This document shows positions 1 through 13,597 of a stretch of 64,000 bases of DNA, piece by piece. This stretch comes from Gammaproteobacteria bacterium. Its GTDB lineage: Bacteria > Pseudomonadota > Gammaproteobacteria > RBG-16-57-12. Location: the NCBI GenBank assembly GCA_022712945.1, contig JAFLJP010000044.1:22939-86938 (forward strand), written 5' to 3'. The position numbers were made by a program, and so were the translations under genes. Within the stretch, counting starts at the first letter, position 1; each line of letters starts with the position of its first letter. The notes beneath the pieces were generated by a model. The model searched no databases and had not been told where the DNA came from. It worked only from the letters and a program-made list of their open reading frames with translations.

Positions 1-568
1 TGAGAATAATGGTCACGCCGCTGTCGCGCAGTTGCCGTACCATCTGCCACATATCCCGGCGCAGCTCCACATCGACCCCGGCGGTGGGTTCATCCAGAAA
101 AAGAATCTGTGGCTCGTGGCACAGCGCTTTGGCGATGAGCACTCGGCGCTTCATGCCACCGGAGAGGGTGATGATCATCGCGTTGCGTTTATCCCACAGG
201 GAGAGATCACGCAGCACCTTTTCGATATAGGCGGCATTGGGTGGCTTGCCAAACAGCCCCCGGCTGAAATTAAGGGTGCTTAATACCGTTTCGAATGCGG
301 CGGTGGAGAGCTCCTGCGGCACCAGACCGATCATTGCGCGTGCGGCACGAAATTCCTTTTGAATATCGTGTCCATCCACCGATACGCTCCCTTCATTTTG
401 GGTGACAAGACCACAAATAATGCCAATAAGCGTGGTTTTTCCCGCACCATTGGGGCCGAGTAAGGCAAAGATCTCACCCCGTTGTATCTCCAAGTTGATC
501 TCACTGAGCGCCTGTTGGCCAGAGGCGTAGGTTTTGGTGAGATTACTGATTGAGATGATCGGTTTCAC
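1..568 (-). CDS. ABC transporter ATP-binding protein (ABC-2 type); 3' end lies outside the window
   Basis: Not in the ORF track because it runs off the window. My minus-strand translation from GTG at 568 reads [21 protein letters not shown]...[11 protein letters not shown] (Walker A)...[15 protein letters not shown] (ABC signature)...[12 protein letters not shown] (Walker B). Confidence 0.85.
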   Translation of the reverse strand, partial: MKPIISISNLTKTYASGQQALSEINLEIQRGEIFALLGPNGAGKTTLIGIICGLVTQNEGSVSVDGHDIQKEFRAARAMIGLVPQELSTAAFETVLSTLNFSRGLFGKPPNAAYIEKVLRDLSLWDKRNAMIITLSGGMKRRVLIAKALCHEPQILFLDEPTAGVDVELRRDMWQMVRQLRDSGVTIIL

Positions 569-709
569 AAAAAATCCTTATCTAAAGGTGAAATGGAATC
601 TTATCTGATTTTTGAGTGGTTCGGCTACACGTAGGAGCAAGATAAACCCCTGGGGTATTTGTTTCGCCATCTGAAGATGGCTCCTACAATTTTTTATCAG
701 GCCTGATGG

Positions 710-1288
710 TCAAATGACAATCGTTTGGTATCGCTCAAAACGAAGGGTATCAGACCAGTAATCGACCGGTAGACCCGCCTTGAGTTTGAGTTGAGCGACA
801 AACTGCTGCTGCGTTGGTAGTGACTCCCATACCGAGGGCAGGAAGGTCGCCCGGTGGCGACCATCTTGCAAAATAAGCCCATCAATACCGGGGCGTAGTT
901 GGTGCAGTAGCTCCGTCTCATCTTTTACCGGCAAGGGTTCTGGAGGGGTAAGCAGTGAGATGTGGATCTGTAGTTCACTCAGCTCATCTGTTTGTAGTGG
1001 GGTAAAGCGGGGGTCACGAAATGCTGCGGCAAAGGCATTTTCCGCAATATCGACCACCAGTGGCCGGTAGGCTTCCAGCGTGCCGATACAGCCTCGCAGC
1101 CTGTTCTGTTTTTCCAGAGTCACAAAGCTGGCCCCGGCTTGTTGCAGCGCTTTCGGGTATTCAGCGGGTTTGATCGGGAGTGGTTGGCGGTAGTCCAAAC
1201 CATGTGTAATGGACTCTCTGGCCAGTGATAGCAGCAGCTTGTCATACTGTTTGTCTAACTCAAGCTTATTGTAAAGCATAGGCACCAT
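710..1288 (-). CDS. AMMECR1-domain protein (AmmeMemoRadiSam system protein A)
   Basis: ORF 710..1378 contains LRGCIGTLEAYRPLVVDIAENAFAAAFRDPRFTPL, typical of AMMECR1. The likely start is the internal Met at 1288 or 1279, which overlaps the stop of the upstream Memo-like gene at 1266-1268. Confidence 0.85.
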   Translation of the reverse strand: MVPMLYNKLELDKQYDKLLLSLARESITHGLDYRQPLPIKPAEYPKALQQAGASFVTLEKQNRLRGCIGTLEAYRPLVVDIAENAFAAAFRDPRFTPLQTDELSELQIHISLLTPPEPLPVKDETELLHQLRPGIDGLILQDGRHRATFLPSVWESLPTQQQFVAQLKLKAGLPVDYWSDTLRFERYQTIVI

Positions 1289-2051
1289 ATCCGACGACGC
1301 GATCTTTGCTACCAGCAGTATCGCCCGAATTACGTTGATCGAGAGTGACAGCATGCAGCCCGTGCTGCCTGGCCGCATTTAACAGGCCGATAATGGCTGC
1401 TCTTCCACAGGCTTGTCGCGGCTCAATCTGTTGGCTATCCAGATCTTCAATCGCTTGGCTGGTGGCCAGGTCAAGTGCCTGCGCTTCCGAATAAGGGAGG
1501 TAGTGGCTCAGATCTGAACTAATCACGATCAATGTTTCATCACCGCCCCACAGCTGCTCTAAAACTTCACTCACCTCATCGGCACTGGCATCACCAACCA
1601 CCAGTGGCAGCAGGCTGAAGTGCCCCAGTGTGCGTTGTAAAAAAGGGATCTGCACTTCCAGGCTGTGTTCGTGTTGGTGGGCTTGCTCCAGATGGTTTAC
1701 CTGGGGGAGGTTTTTGATCAGTGCCAGATCCGTTTTGTTGAGTTTGACAGCACCCAATGGGGTGAGGAAGAAATTGGCCTCACTATACGCCAGTCCGTGA
1801 AATGCCACGTAGTGAGAGGGCCCCAGCAATATGACGCGACTGATCATATCGCTCATGCAGTGGAGGCTACTGTAAGCGATGGCGGCGACGGATCCTGAGT
1901 AAATGTAGCCTGCGTGGGGTGCGATCAAAGCCTTGGGTTGACCGAGATGAATGGGACTGAGGGCCAGGAATTCATCAACCATTAGTGCCAGCTTACGTGG
2001 ATCTTCGGGGTAGAATTTTCCCGCAACTGCCGGTTCTCTGTACATTTCCAT
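1266..2051 (-). CDS. MEMO1-family protein (AmmeMemoRadiSam system protein B)
   Basis: 261 aa with ALIAPHAGYIYSG and HEHSLEVQIPFL His-rich motifs of the Memo/dioxygenase-like family. It is translationally coupled to the AMMECR1 gene. Confidence 0.85.
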   Translation of the reverse strand: MEMYREPAVAGKFYPEDPRKLALMVDEFLALSPIHLGQPKALIAPHAGYIYSGSVAAIAYSSLHCMSDMISRVILLGPSHYVAFHGLAYSEANFFLTPLGAVKLNKTDLALIKNLPQVNHLEQAHQHEHSLEVQIPFLQRTLGHFSLLPLVVGDASADEVSEVLEQLWGGDETLIVISSDLSHYLPYSEAQALDLATSQAIEDLDSQQIEPRQACGRAAIIGLLNAARQHGLHAVTLDQRNSGDTAGSKDRVVGYGAYALQ

Positions 2052-2160
2052 ATTGTCATCCTTGTTATTACGACCATACTTAATCTTGTTTGAAGATTTT
2101 TTAAAACTTTCCTAAGCATAGCAGTGCTTGGCCGCTTTAAGGGCACCCTGGAGGTGTAAT

Positions 2161-5596
<3,436 letters not shown>

Positions 5597-5699
5597 CCCA
5601 GGTATTTCATGAATTTTCGCAAAAATCGCGCAGATATTGGTTTCACAGGGAAATTCATGAAAATGCCCCATTGCATGATTTTTTAGTGAGATAGCCCTT

Positions 5700-7484
5700 A
5701 TGTGCGGTATTTGTGGTGAGTTACGTTTAGATAGTCGCCAGCCTGATTTAGGGCTGCTAAACAACATGTTAGCCCAGATTGCACGGCGTGGGCCGGATCA
5801 CAGCGGCAGCTATTCGGATGGTCCTTTGGCGCTGGGGCATCGACGGCTTTCGGTTATTGATCTCTCTGAGCGTGCCAATCAGCCGATGGTTGATCCTGAG
5901 CTGGGTTTGGCGATGGTCTTTAACGGGGCAATTTACAACTATCCCGAGCTGCGTAAAGAGCTGCAAGGCAAGGGGTATCAGTTTTTCAGCAGCGGTGACA
6001 GTGAGGTGATTCTCAAAGCCTTCCATGCCTGGGGTGAACAGTGTGTTGCACGCCTGCATGGCATGTTCGCATTTGCGATTTGGGATCTACGCAAAAAAAC
6101 GCTGTTTCTGGCCCGTGACCGCATGGGGATTAAACCGCTCTATTTTACTCAAAACAGTCATACGTTCCGTTTTGCCTCTAATACGCAGGCACTGCTCTGT
6201 GCCCGTGATGTGGATACTTCAATTGATCCGCTTGCGCTACATAACCAGCTGACATTGCATGCGGTGGTGCCCGCGCCGCGCACTATTTTAACCGGTATTC
6301 GTAAACTGGAACCCGGCACCTCAATGACGATTAACCTCAAAGGTGAGGTGGTGAGACAGCATTATTGGCAGCTTAATGCCCAGCGCCCGGCATTGGTTCG
6401 CAGTGAGAGTGAGTGGATTGAAGCGATACATGATGCTTTGCGTTTAGCCGTAAAACGCCGGGTCGAGATTGCCGACGTGCCGGTGGGGGTGCTGCTCTCC
6501 GGTGGTCTGGACTCCAGCTTGCTGGTGGCGTTGCTGGCCGAGGCCGGGGTGAGTGACCTGAGAACCTTCTCGATCGGTTTTGATGATATTGGCGACGAAG
6601 CGGGTAGTGAATTTGAATATTCGGATCGAGTGGTTGAGCGCTATGGCACGCAACATCAAAAATACCATATCGCCAACAGTTCGGTGCTGCCACGCCTGTC
6701 TGAGGCAGTGGATTGTATGGCAGAGCCGATGGTCGGGCAGGATGCAGTTGCCTTTTATCTACTATCGGAGCAGGTTTCACAGGATGTGCGGGTGGTGCAG
6801 AGTGGCCAGGGGGCGGATGAACTGTTTGCCGGGTACTTTTGGTATCCCGAGATGCAAGCGGAGAAGGGCAGCCACCTTGAGCGGTTCCGAAAACACTACT
6901 TCGACCGCAGCCACGATGAGCTGATGGCGGCGGTTTGTCAGCAATACCAAGGAGCGGATCATACCAGTGAACTGGTGGCTGACCACCTTGCTTCACCCGG
7001 TGCCGATGAATTTTTGGATCAGGTACTGCGCTTTGATGTGAGCACCTTGATTGTGGATGACCCGGTGAAGCGGGTTGATAATATGACCATGGCCTGGGGC
7101 CTGGAGGCACGGGTTCCTTTTCTGGATCACGAGCTGGTTGAATTGGCGATGCAGATGCCGCCGCAGATGAAGTTGAAGTCCGGGGGCAAGCACCCCCTGA
7201 AAGAGATTGCACGGGCTATTCTGCCACGGGAAATTATTGATCGCCCCAAAGGTTACTTCCCGATGCCGGCACTGAAATATGTGCAGGGAGAATTTCTCGA
7301 CTTTATGCGCGACATCCTTAATTCACAGGCAAGCCGTGAACGGGGGCTGTTCAAACGGGTCTATATTGATAAGCTGCTGGCCTCGCCAGAGGCTCATTTT
7401 ACGCAGCTGCGTGGCAGCAAGCTATGGCACAGCGCGTTGCTGGAGTTTTGGTTGCAGCGCAATGTGGATAATGCTCGTCGATAG
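5700..7484 (+). CDS. Asparagine synthase family, glutamine-hydrolysing amidotransferase (AsnB/AsnO-like)
   Basis: N-terminal MCGICGE provides the class II GATase catalytic Cys2. The SGGLDSS PP-loop is in the synthetase domain. 594 aa. Confidence 0.9.
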   Translation: MCGICGELRLDSRQPDLGLLNNMLAQIARRGPDHSGSYSDGPLALGHRRLSVIDLSERANQPMVDPELGLAMVFNGAIYNYPELRKELQGKGYQFFSSGDSEVILKAFHAWGEQCVARLHGMFAFAIWDLRKKTLFLARDRMGIKPLYFTQNSHTFRFASNTQALLCARDVDTSIDPLALHNQLTLHAVVPAPRTILTGIRKLEPGTSMTINLKGEVVRQHYWQLNAQRPALVRSESEWIEAIHDALRLAVKRRVEIADVPVGVLLSGGLDSSLLVALLAEAGVSDLRTFSIGFDDIGDEAGSEFEYSDRVVERYGTQHQKYHIANSSVLPRLSEAVDCMAEPMVGQDAVAFYLLSEQVSQDVRVVQSGQGADELFAGYFWYPEMQAEKGSHLERFRKHYFDRSHDELMAAVCQQYQGADHTSELVADHLASPGADEFLDQVLRFDVSTLIVDDPVKRVDNMTMAWGLEARVPFLDHELVELAMQMPPQMKLKSGGKHPLKEIARAILPREIIDRPKGYFPMPALKYVQGEFLDFMRDILNSQASRERGLFKRVYIDKLLASPEAHFTQLRGSKLWHSALLEFWLQRNVDNARR

Positions 7485-7603
7485 AGATACCGCAAACAAT
7501 CAACTTGCTAATGGTGGCGGTTTTTTGCACAATAGCCGACTAAGATAGTAGGGAATAATTTGATTCTGCCTAGAATGGGCACTTATTTTGAGGATGTAAT
7601 TGA

Positions 7604-7936
7604 ATGACCGGTTTAGAGCGTATTGCAAAACAAGTGGCAGAAACCCCCGTTGTTATCTACATGAAAGGGTCGCCACAGCTCCCTTCTTGTGGTTTTTCAA
7701 GCCGTGCATCTCAGGCGCTGGCGGCGTGTGAACAGGAGTTTTCTTATGTGAACATCATCGAAGATATGGAAATTTATGAGGCGTTGCCCAAATTTGCCGA
7801 CTGGCCTACTTTTCCGCAGATCTATATTAATGGTGAGCTGATTGGTGGTTGTGATATCACCCTGGAGATGTTTGAAAGCGGTGAGCTGAAAACCATGATG
7901 GAGGCGGCTAACGCAAAATCACAGGTTGAGGCTTAA
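7604..7936 (+). CDS. grxD: Monothiol glutaredoxin (Grx4 family)
   Basis: 110 aa with a CGFS active site (PSCGFSSRA) and WPTFPQIYINGELIGGCDI. Confidence 0.93.
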   Translation: MTGLERIAKQVAETPVVIYMKGSPQLPSCGFSSRASQALAACEQEFSYVNIIEDMEIYEALPKFADWPTFPQIYINGELIGGCDITLEMFESGELKTMMEAANAKSQVEA

Positions 7937-8186
7937 TCCTGGCGGTTAATCTTTGTTGTAGTGACTCTCTCTAACGGGGGAGTTACTTTCCTCTCGTAGT
8001 ACCCATTTCTTAATTAAACACTACGCCCGTACTCTACGGGGTGTGTAACTTATTATTCAGCTCACCCCTGAAATTCACTATTTCAGATTATATTCCTTAA
8101 AGAAATTTCCTTTGATAACGATATTGTTGGCGCTCCTTAGTCTATTTTGGACTATGGTGTTATTGGCAGAAAAATAGGAGATTTAG

Positions 8187-9815
8187 GTGGGAATTAGGCG
8201 GGTAATTGCTGATTTAGGGTGGAAGAAAAAGACGCTTCTCTTCTCATCGTTTTTTATTCTGGGGATGATTGCGGTTGGCCTTGTTGGTTCATATACTATT
8301 TTGACCCAAAACAACACCATACAGCAGACACTAAAAACATCGGAATACCGAATTGATCAAGCGGTGGGTAGCCAGTTGATGTTGCTGGAGATGATGCGAT
8401 CTCAGGCACAGGTGATTGCTGAGGTAGATAAAAAAGCGATTCGTTTTGCCGCAAAAGATGCACTCCGTTCTCTCTCCCTTCTGGATGAAAGTTTTCAAAA
8501 TTTACAGGCTGTTTTAAAGGGCAATAAAAAGGTTGAACAGTTGCGCGAATCATTGGATCAGGTGCGTCCGGCACTGATCGAAGTGATTAAAGTAGCACGC
8601 AAAAATGATGATGCCCGTGCTATCGAGCAGAGCAAAGAGATGGGTTCACTAATGGAGCGGATTGAAGGGCTTTCGGCTGACATTGTTCAGGATGAGCGCG
8701 ATGGCATGGCGTTGAAGTTGGCAGAGCTACAACAGAAAGGACGTGACACCATCATGATGCTGGCTGTTGGTATTGGCCTGTTTGTGCTGTTGTCTCTGAT
8801 TGTCAGCCTGTTTGTTGCGACACAGGTCACGACACCACTTAAGCGTTTGCAGGCTTCTATGCTCGCAATGTCTGAAGGAGATCTTCAGGTGAAGCTGCTG
8901 GGGGAGAGTAAGGATGAGATTGGCCTGACGGTGAGCGCGATGCTAAAAATGAGTGAAAAGCTACATGAAACCATCAGCCAGATTGAACGAGCCGCTAATC
9001 GTGTCAGTGATGAGTCTGTCAGTATTAACCAGACGGCTGAAGGGTGCGGTCAGGCGATGGCTGAACGTCTTTCTGAGTGTGTGGAGCGGGTGCGTGAGCA
9101 GAGTGAAAATGCGATCAATCACAGTGACCTTGTGGTTGAGCATATTTCGCAGGCTGAAGAGGCGGTTACTCACTCGGCAACCACCTCTCAACACGTTAGC
9201 TCGCTGGTCAGCGATAGCATGAAAGGCTTTGAAACGTTTCAAGATGATATGCGTGATGCGGTGCAGATGACGGCTAATCTCTCTCAAGCGACAACCAAAA
9301 TATCGACGATCACTGAGTCCATCCAACACATTTCAGGGCAGACCAATCTACTGGCACTGAATGCGGCTATTGAAGCGGCTCGCGCCGGAGAGCATGGCCG
9401 TGGTTTTGCGGTGGTGGCCGATGAGGTACGAAACCTGGCTAATGATACTGAAGAGTTTGCTCGGGAGATTGCCAGCTTGGTGGATGGTGTCTCCAGTAAC
9501 GTGGAGCAGACCAATAAAAAGCTCCTGAGTGTGGAGCAAGAGGCGCTAACCAACATCGCCAGCCTGCAAGAGGTGGTCACTGAAACAGAATCAAGCCACA
9601 CTCAAATATCATCGGTTCACACAACAATGCAGCAGATGTTTGATGTTATTAATCAGCAGCGGGCGGTATTGAACGGGTTTGATGATTCGGTACAGCAGCT
9701 TGAGTCGCTTAGCCTTGATGGTAAACAACAGACCGAGAGCTTGCGCCTAACCGCCAACGCAATGATGAGTGCGGCAGATGAGCTGCGAAATATTGTTCGT
9801 ACGTTTAAGTTATAA
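8187..9815 (+). CDS. Methyl-accepting chemotaxis protein
   Basis: Two TM segments flank a helical periplasmic region of about 160 aa. A HAMP-like segment follows, then the conserved hairpin tip [37 protein letters not shown] start follows GGAG. Confidence 0.9.
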   Translation: MGIRRVIADLGWKKKTLLFSSFFILGMIAVGLVGSYTILTQNNTIQQTLKTSEYRIDQAVGSQLMLLEMMRSQAQVIAEVDKKAIRFAAKDALRSLSLLDESFQNLQAVLKGNKKVEQLRESLDQVRPALIEVIKVARKNDDARAIEQSKEMGSLMERIEGLSADIVQDERDGMALKLAELQQKGRDTIMMLAVGIGLFVLLSLIVSLFVATQVTTPLKRLQASMLAMSEGDLQVKLLGESKDEIGLTVSAMLKMSEKLHETISQIERAANRVSDESVSINQTAEGCGQAMAERLSECVERVREQSENAINHSDLVVEHISQAEEAVTHSATTSQHVSSLVSDSMKGFETFQDDMRDAVQMTANLSQATTKISTITESIQHISGQTNLLALNAAIEAARAGEHGRGFAVVADEVRNLANDTEEFAREIASLVDGVSSNVEQTNKKLLSVEQEALTNIASLQEVVTETESSHTQISSVHTTMQQMFDVINQQRAVLNGFDDSVQQLESLSLDGKQQTESLRLTANAMMSAADELRNIVRTFKL

Positions 9816-9848
9816 ATAGTCAGTGATTTACAGAGTGAGGATAAACAA

Positions 9849-10850
9849 ATGGTATCAATGAAAAATCTGTTTTGTATTGCAATAATGGCGATGCTGGGCG
9901 TGAGTAGTAGTGCAGTGGCGGATAAATCTGATTATTTAATGCCGGAAATGGCACCTGCGCCCAAGGATAATCAAACCACCACTGAGCGTGTTCAGTTGGG
10001 TAAAGCGCTGTTTTTTGACCCCAGGCTTTCGAGTTCTAACTGGATAAGCTGTGCAACCTGTCACAACCCCGCGCTGGGCTGGTCGGATGGTTTGGCGACC
10101 GCGATCGGTCATGGTATGCATGAGCTAGCTCGTGCCACCCCAACCATACTGAATACCGGATTTAACAAATTTCAATTCTGGGATGGTCGTGCACGGACAC
10201 TGGAAGAGCAAGCGGTCGGCCCCATTCAGGACGCAGGCGAAATGAATCAGAATATGGGTGAACTGATTGGTGAGCTAAGTGCAATTGATGGTTACAAGCT
10301 GTTGTTTGAGGCGGCTTATCCGGGTGAGGGCATTAGTGAAGAGACAATTGGCAAAGCACTGGCCGCTTTTCAGCGAACGGTTGTCACCACCGAAAGTACT
10401 TTTGATCTATGGGTCAAAGGGGATGAGGGGGCAATCAGTACCGCTGCAAAACGGGGTTTTGAGCTCTTTGAGGGCAAAGGGCGCTGTGTGATCTGCCATT
10501 CGGGATTCAATTTTAATGATAATGGCTTTCATAACCTCGGTTTGAAGGAAGAGGTGCCCGATATGGGGCGTTACAACGTGCGTAAGGTTGCGGTGTTGCG
10601 TGGAGCCTTCAAGACCCCGACACTGCGGGACGTTACTCTCACCGCCCCTTATATGCACAACGGCATGTATGCCACGTTGGAAGAGGTGATTGAACACTAT
10701 GATCGGGGGGGTGATGTTGAGGAGCACCTCTCTCCAAATATGGAGTCTCTTAATCTGACCAAACAAGAGAAAATTGATCTGCTGGCGTTCATGAGGAGCC
10801 TTGATAGTATCAAGCCTCTTGAGACGATAATCCCCCATCTTCCGCAATGA
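9849..10850 (+). CDS. Dihaem cytochrome c peroxidase (CcpA/MauG family)
   Basis: Signal peptide plus two haem motifs, CATCHNP and CVICHSG. FKTPTLRDV and PYMHNG are typical of the family. Confidence 0.9.
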   Translation: MVSMKNLFCIAIMAMLGVSSSAVADKSDYLMPEMAPAPKDNQTTTERVQLGKALFFDPRLSSSNWISCATCHNPALGWSDGLATAIGHGMHELARATPTILNTGFNKFQFWDGRARTLEEQAVGPIQDAGEMNQNMGELIGELSAIDGYKLLFEAAYPGEGISEETIGKALAAFQRTVVTTESTFDLWVKGDEGAISTAAKRGFELFEGKGRCVICHSGFNFNDNGFHNLGLKEEVPDMGRYNVRKVAVLRGAFKTPTLRDVTLTAPYMHNGMYATLEEVIEHYDRGGDVEEHLSPNMESLNLTKQEKIDLLAFMRSLDSIKPLETIIPHLPQ

Positions 10851-10867
10851 TTTAGGAGCAATATATT

Positions 10868-11194
10868 ATGAAAAAACTGACTTTATTACTGAGCCTGCTG
10901 TTGATTTCGACTTCGGTTATGGCGGCTGAACACGTGGTGTTACAGAAGGGTAAGGCGTTTGTTGAAAATGACAGTGTTGTTGAATCACTCACCCTTGCGG
11001 TGGGTGACAGCATCCGTTTTGTTAATGAAGACCCCTTTTTCCACAACATATTCTCACTCTCAGACCTGAGCACATTTGATCTGGGTTCATTCCCGCAGGG
11101 GGATTCCCGCACCGTTACTTTTGATGAGGCGGGCAGCATGGAGATTGAGTGTGCCATTCACCCTGAAATGTACATGGAGGTGACGATACAGTGA
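10868..11194 (+). CDS. Small secreted cupredoxin, amicyanin/plastocyanin-like
   Basis: Signal peptide present. Candidate type-1 Cu ligands are FFHNIF (His) and a C-terminal CAIHPEM loop (C-x2-H-x2-M, the amicyanin spacing). Confidence 0.7.
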   Translation: MKKLTLLLSLLLISTSVMAAEHVVLQKGKAFVENDSVVESLTLAVGDSIRFVNEDPFFHNIFSLSDLSTFDLGSFPQGDSRTVTFDEAGSMEIECAIHPEMYMEVTIQ

Positions 11195-11853
11195 TGAAAT
11201 CACGGATTAGATTTTCATTTTTAACCACGCTGGTGTTGGCCATTGTCTTGCTGGGTATCAGTAGCCCGGTGGTGGCAAGGGATGGAGCAACGGCGGTAAA
11301 AGAGGCGCGTTCACTGCCCCAGGTACGGGGTGGAATCGTCTTCAAATCCTACTGCATTCTCTGTCATGGTGAAATTGGTGATGGCATTGCCCGTGCTAGT
11401 AAATTGTATGCTCCTGAAAAGCTCATTATTGGGAAAATGGATGAAAAGGATTATGAATCGATTGTCCGCGAAGGCGGGGTTGGAGTGGGGCGCAGTGAGT
11501 ATATGCCACCTTGGGATGGTGAGCTTACTGAGGAGCAGATTGGTGATGTGGTGGCCTATCTTTCGATGTTGGGTGACGGTGTTGCCCGAGGTGAGGTGGT
11601 CTATAAAACCAACTGCGTGTTGTGTCACGGGGTGAATGCTGATGGTAAGGGACGTGTCTCGGTACTGTATGATCCAAAGCCCTCAAACCTGATTCTCTCA
11701 GATAAAAACACCCAGTACAAAATGCTGATTGTTACCAAGGGCGGTGAGTTTTTGGGGCGTTCAGCGGTGATGCCACCGTGGGGTTTGCAGTTGTCAGATC
11801 AGGAAATTAAGGATGTGGTGAGCTATATCGACACGCGGGTTGTCTCTGAGTAG
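11194..11853 (+). CDS. Dihaem c-type cytochrome
   Basis: Signal peptide plus two class-I domains, each with CxxCH (CILCHGE, CVLCHGV) and a distal MPPW Met. The start overlaps the cupredoxin stop (TGATG); an alternative GTG lies at 11191. Confidence 0.85.
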   Translation: MKSRIRFSFLTTLVLAIVLLGISSPVVARDGATAVKEARSLPQVRGGIVFKSYCILCHGEIGDGIARASKLYAPEKLIIGKMDEKDYESIVREGGVGVGRSEYMPPWDGELTEEQIGDVVAYLSMLGDGVARGEVVYKTNCVLCHGVNADGKGRVSVLYDPKPSNLILSDKNTQYKMLIVTKGGEFLGRSAVMPPWGLQLSDQEIKDVVSYIDTRVVSE

Positions 11854-11886
11854 ATGAATACGCTGTTTTGCCAACAGTGCCATGGG

Positions 11887-12528
11887 TTACCCCCCCATTC
11901 CCATGGAAAAATCTTCAAAGCTGCGTGATAGCGTATCCCAGCGATTAACAATGGTGCAGAACAGCTCTGCGGTGCGCTCGGTATCATAAAGCGCTCCGTG
12001 AGCTTGGCTGTCATCCCAGGAGAGGCCAGCAGCCTGAACCGCTTTGGCAAGCACCGTTTGACCATAAGCAAGTCCACCCAGCGTTGCGGTATCAAAGGTA
12101 CCAAAATCGTGGAATGGATTACGCTTTATGCCGTTACGAGCCACCGCTGCTCTGAGAAAATTGAGGTCAAAAGCGGGGTTGTGCCCCACCAAAATTGCCC
12201 GGCTACAGCCGGTGTTTTTTACCTCTTTACGCACCATGGTGAAGAGTTTTTCGATCGCATCCTTTTCATGAATGGCCCCCCGAAACGGGTGAAAAGGATC
12301 AATGCCGGTAACATCCAGCGAGGCTTGCTCAATATTGGCCCCTTCAAAAGGGTCGGTGTGGCAGTGAATACTCTCTTTCAGGTGAATATCACCCCCATCG
12401 TCCATATCCAGTGTGACCGCTGCAATCTCTAATAGCGCATCGGTGTGATGGTTGAAGCCACCGGTCTCCACGTCAACAACCACCGGTAAAAAACCACGAA
12501 AACGCTGTGTAATAGCTGATTTAGACAT
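11887..12528 (-). CDS. rnt: Ribonuclease T
   Basis: [30 protein letters not shown] (DEDDh exonuclease motif I), 213 aa, collinear with E. coli Rnt. Confidence 0.92.
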   Translation of the reverse strand: MSKSAITQRFRGFLPVVVDVETGGFNHHTDALLEIAAVTLDMDDGGDIHLKESIHCHTDPFEGANIEQASLDVTGIDPFHPFRGAIHEKDAIEKLFTMVRKEVKNTGCSRAILVGHNPAFDLNFLRAAVARNGIKRNPFHDFGTFDTATLGGLAYGQTVLAKAVQAAGLSWDDSQAHGALYDTERTAELFCTIVNRWDTLSRSFEDFSMGMGG

Positions 12529-12537
12529 TCTATTCCT

Positions 12538-13569
12538 TTATACCACTTGCCAATTAACCATCTGTCCCGCCCGGAAGGGGATGATGGTGCTCTCTGCCAG
12601 AGGCAGTGTGTCGGCCATTTTCCAACTCTTTTTCTGTAGTGTGATAGTGTCACTGTTACGAGAAAGCCCGTAGAAGTCAGGGCCGTAATGGCTGGCAAAA
12701 CCTTCCAGTTGCTTGAGTGCACCGGCTTGCTCAAATATCTCTGCGTACCACTCAATGGCCGCAGGGGCGGTAAACATACCGGCACAGCCACAACCGTTCT
12801 CTTTATTCTCTTTGCTGTGGGGGGCGCTGTCGGTACCAAGAAAAAACTTACCCGAACCACCTATTGCCGCTTCAACCAGAGCCACCCGATGGCGTTCGCG
12901 CTTGAGCACCGGCAGGCAGTAGTGATGCGGTTTGATACCACCCACCAGAATGTCATTACGGTTTAGCAGCAAGTGCTGTACGGTGATGGTAGCGGCGATA
13001 TTATCACCTGTATGGCGTACAAAGTCGGCAGCATCGGCGGTGGTGATATGTTCAAAAACCACTTTAAGGGTGGGCATGCGGGCAACCAGTGGTTGCAATA
13101 TGTGATCAATGAAACGGGCTTCACGGTCAAAAATATCAATTTCGGCTGCCGTCATCTCACCGTGCACTAACAGCAGCATATCGCACTCGGCCATCGCTTC
13201 CAGTGCCGGGTAGATGTTGGCAATATCAGTAACACCACTATCTGAGTTGGTGGTTGCACCGGCAGGGTAGAGTTTGCAGGCCTGAATCAGTCCGCTCTGT
13301 TTCGCCTCAAGAATATCGGCAGCGGTTGTATTATCGGTGAGGTAAAGCACCATCAGAGGCTGAAACGGGCTGCCCTCAGGCGTGGCCTGCAAAATTCGCT
13401 GACGATAAGCCAGCGCTTGCTGGGTATGGGTTACCGGTGGCATCAGGTTCGGCATAATAATGGCGCGGCCAAAGGTGCGTGCGGTGTGGGGAACAATATC
13501 GTTGAGTAGAGCACCATCACGAACGTGCAAGTGCCAGTCATCCGGGCGGGTGATTGTTAATCTATCCAC
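12538..13569 (-). CDS. pyrC: Dihydroorotase (homodimeric type)
   Basis: N-terminus [19 protein letters not shown], 343 aa, with the metal-binding HxH motif. Confidence 0.93.
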   Translation of the reverse strand: MDRLTITRPDDWHLHVRDGALLNDIVPHTARTFGRAIIMPNLMPPVTHTQQALAYRQRILQATPEGSPFQPLMVLYLTDNTTAADILEAKQSGLIQACKLYPAGATTNSDSGVTDIANIYPALEAMAECDMLLLVHGEMTAAEIDIFDREARFIDHILQPLVARMPTLKVVFEHITTADAADFVRHTGDNIAATITVQHLLLNRNDILVGGIKPHHYCLPVLKRERHRVALVEAAIGGSGKFFLGTDSAPHSKENKENGCGCAGMFTAPAAIEWYAEIFEQAGALKQLEGFASHYGPDFYGLSRNSDTITLQKKSWKMADTLPLAESTIIPFRAGQMVNWQVV

Positions 13570-13597
13570 AGAGTTCTCTTTGCGTTATTTGATTGGG

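Noticed and set aside
6373-7212. 279-aa ORF antisense to the asnB-like gene
   Set aside because: It lies entirely inside a strongly supported CDS on the other strand. Its Pro/Arg/Ser/Ala-rich low-complexity translation is typical of antisense frames, and it has no motif.
7937-8186. 250-bp spacer upstream of the MCP gene with several small hairpins (AGTGACTC/GAGTTACT, CCCGTA-ctc-TACGGG), considered as an sRNA or riboswitch
   Set aside because: It has no recognisable riboswitch consensus, terminator or promoter pair. Part of it weakly resembles the R7 repeat arm. The evidence is insufficient to call a feature.
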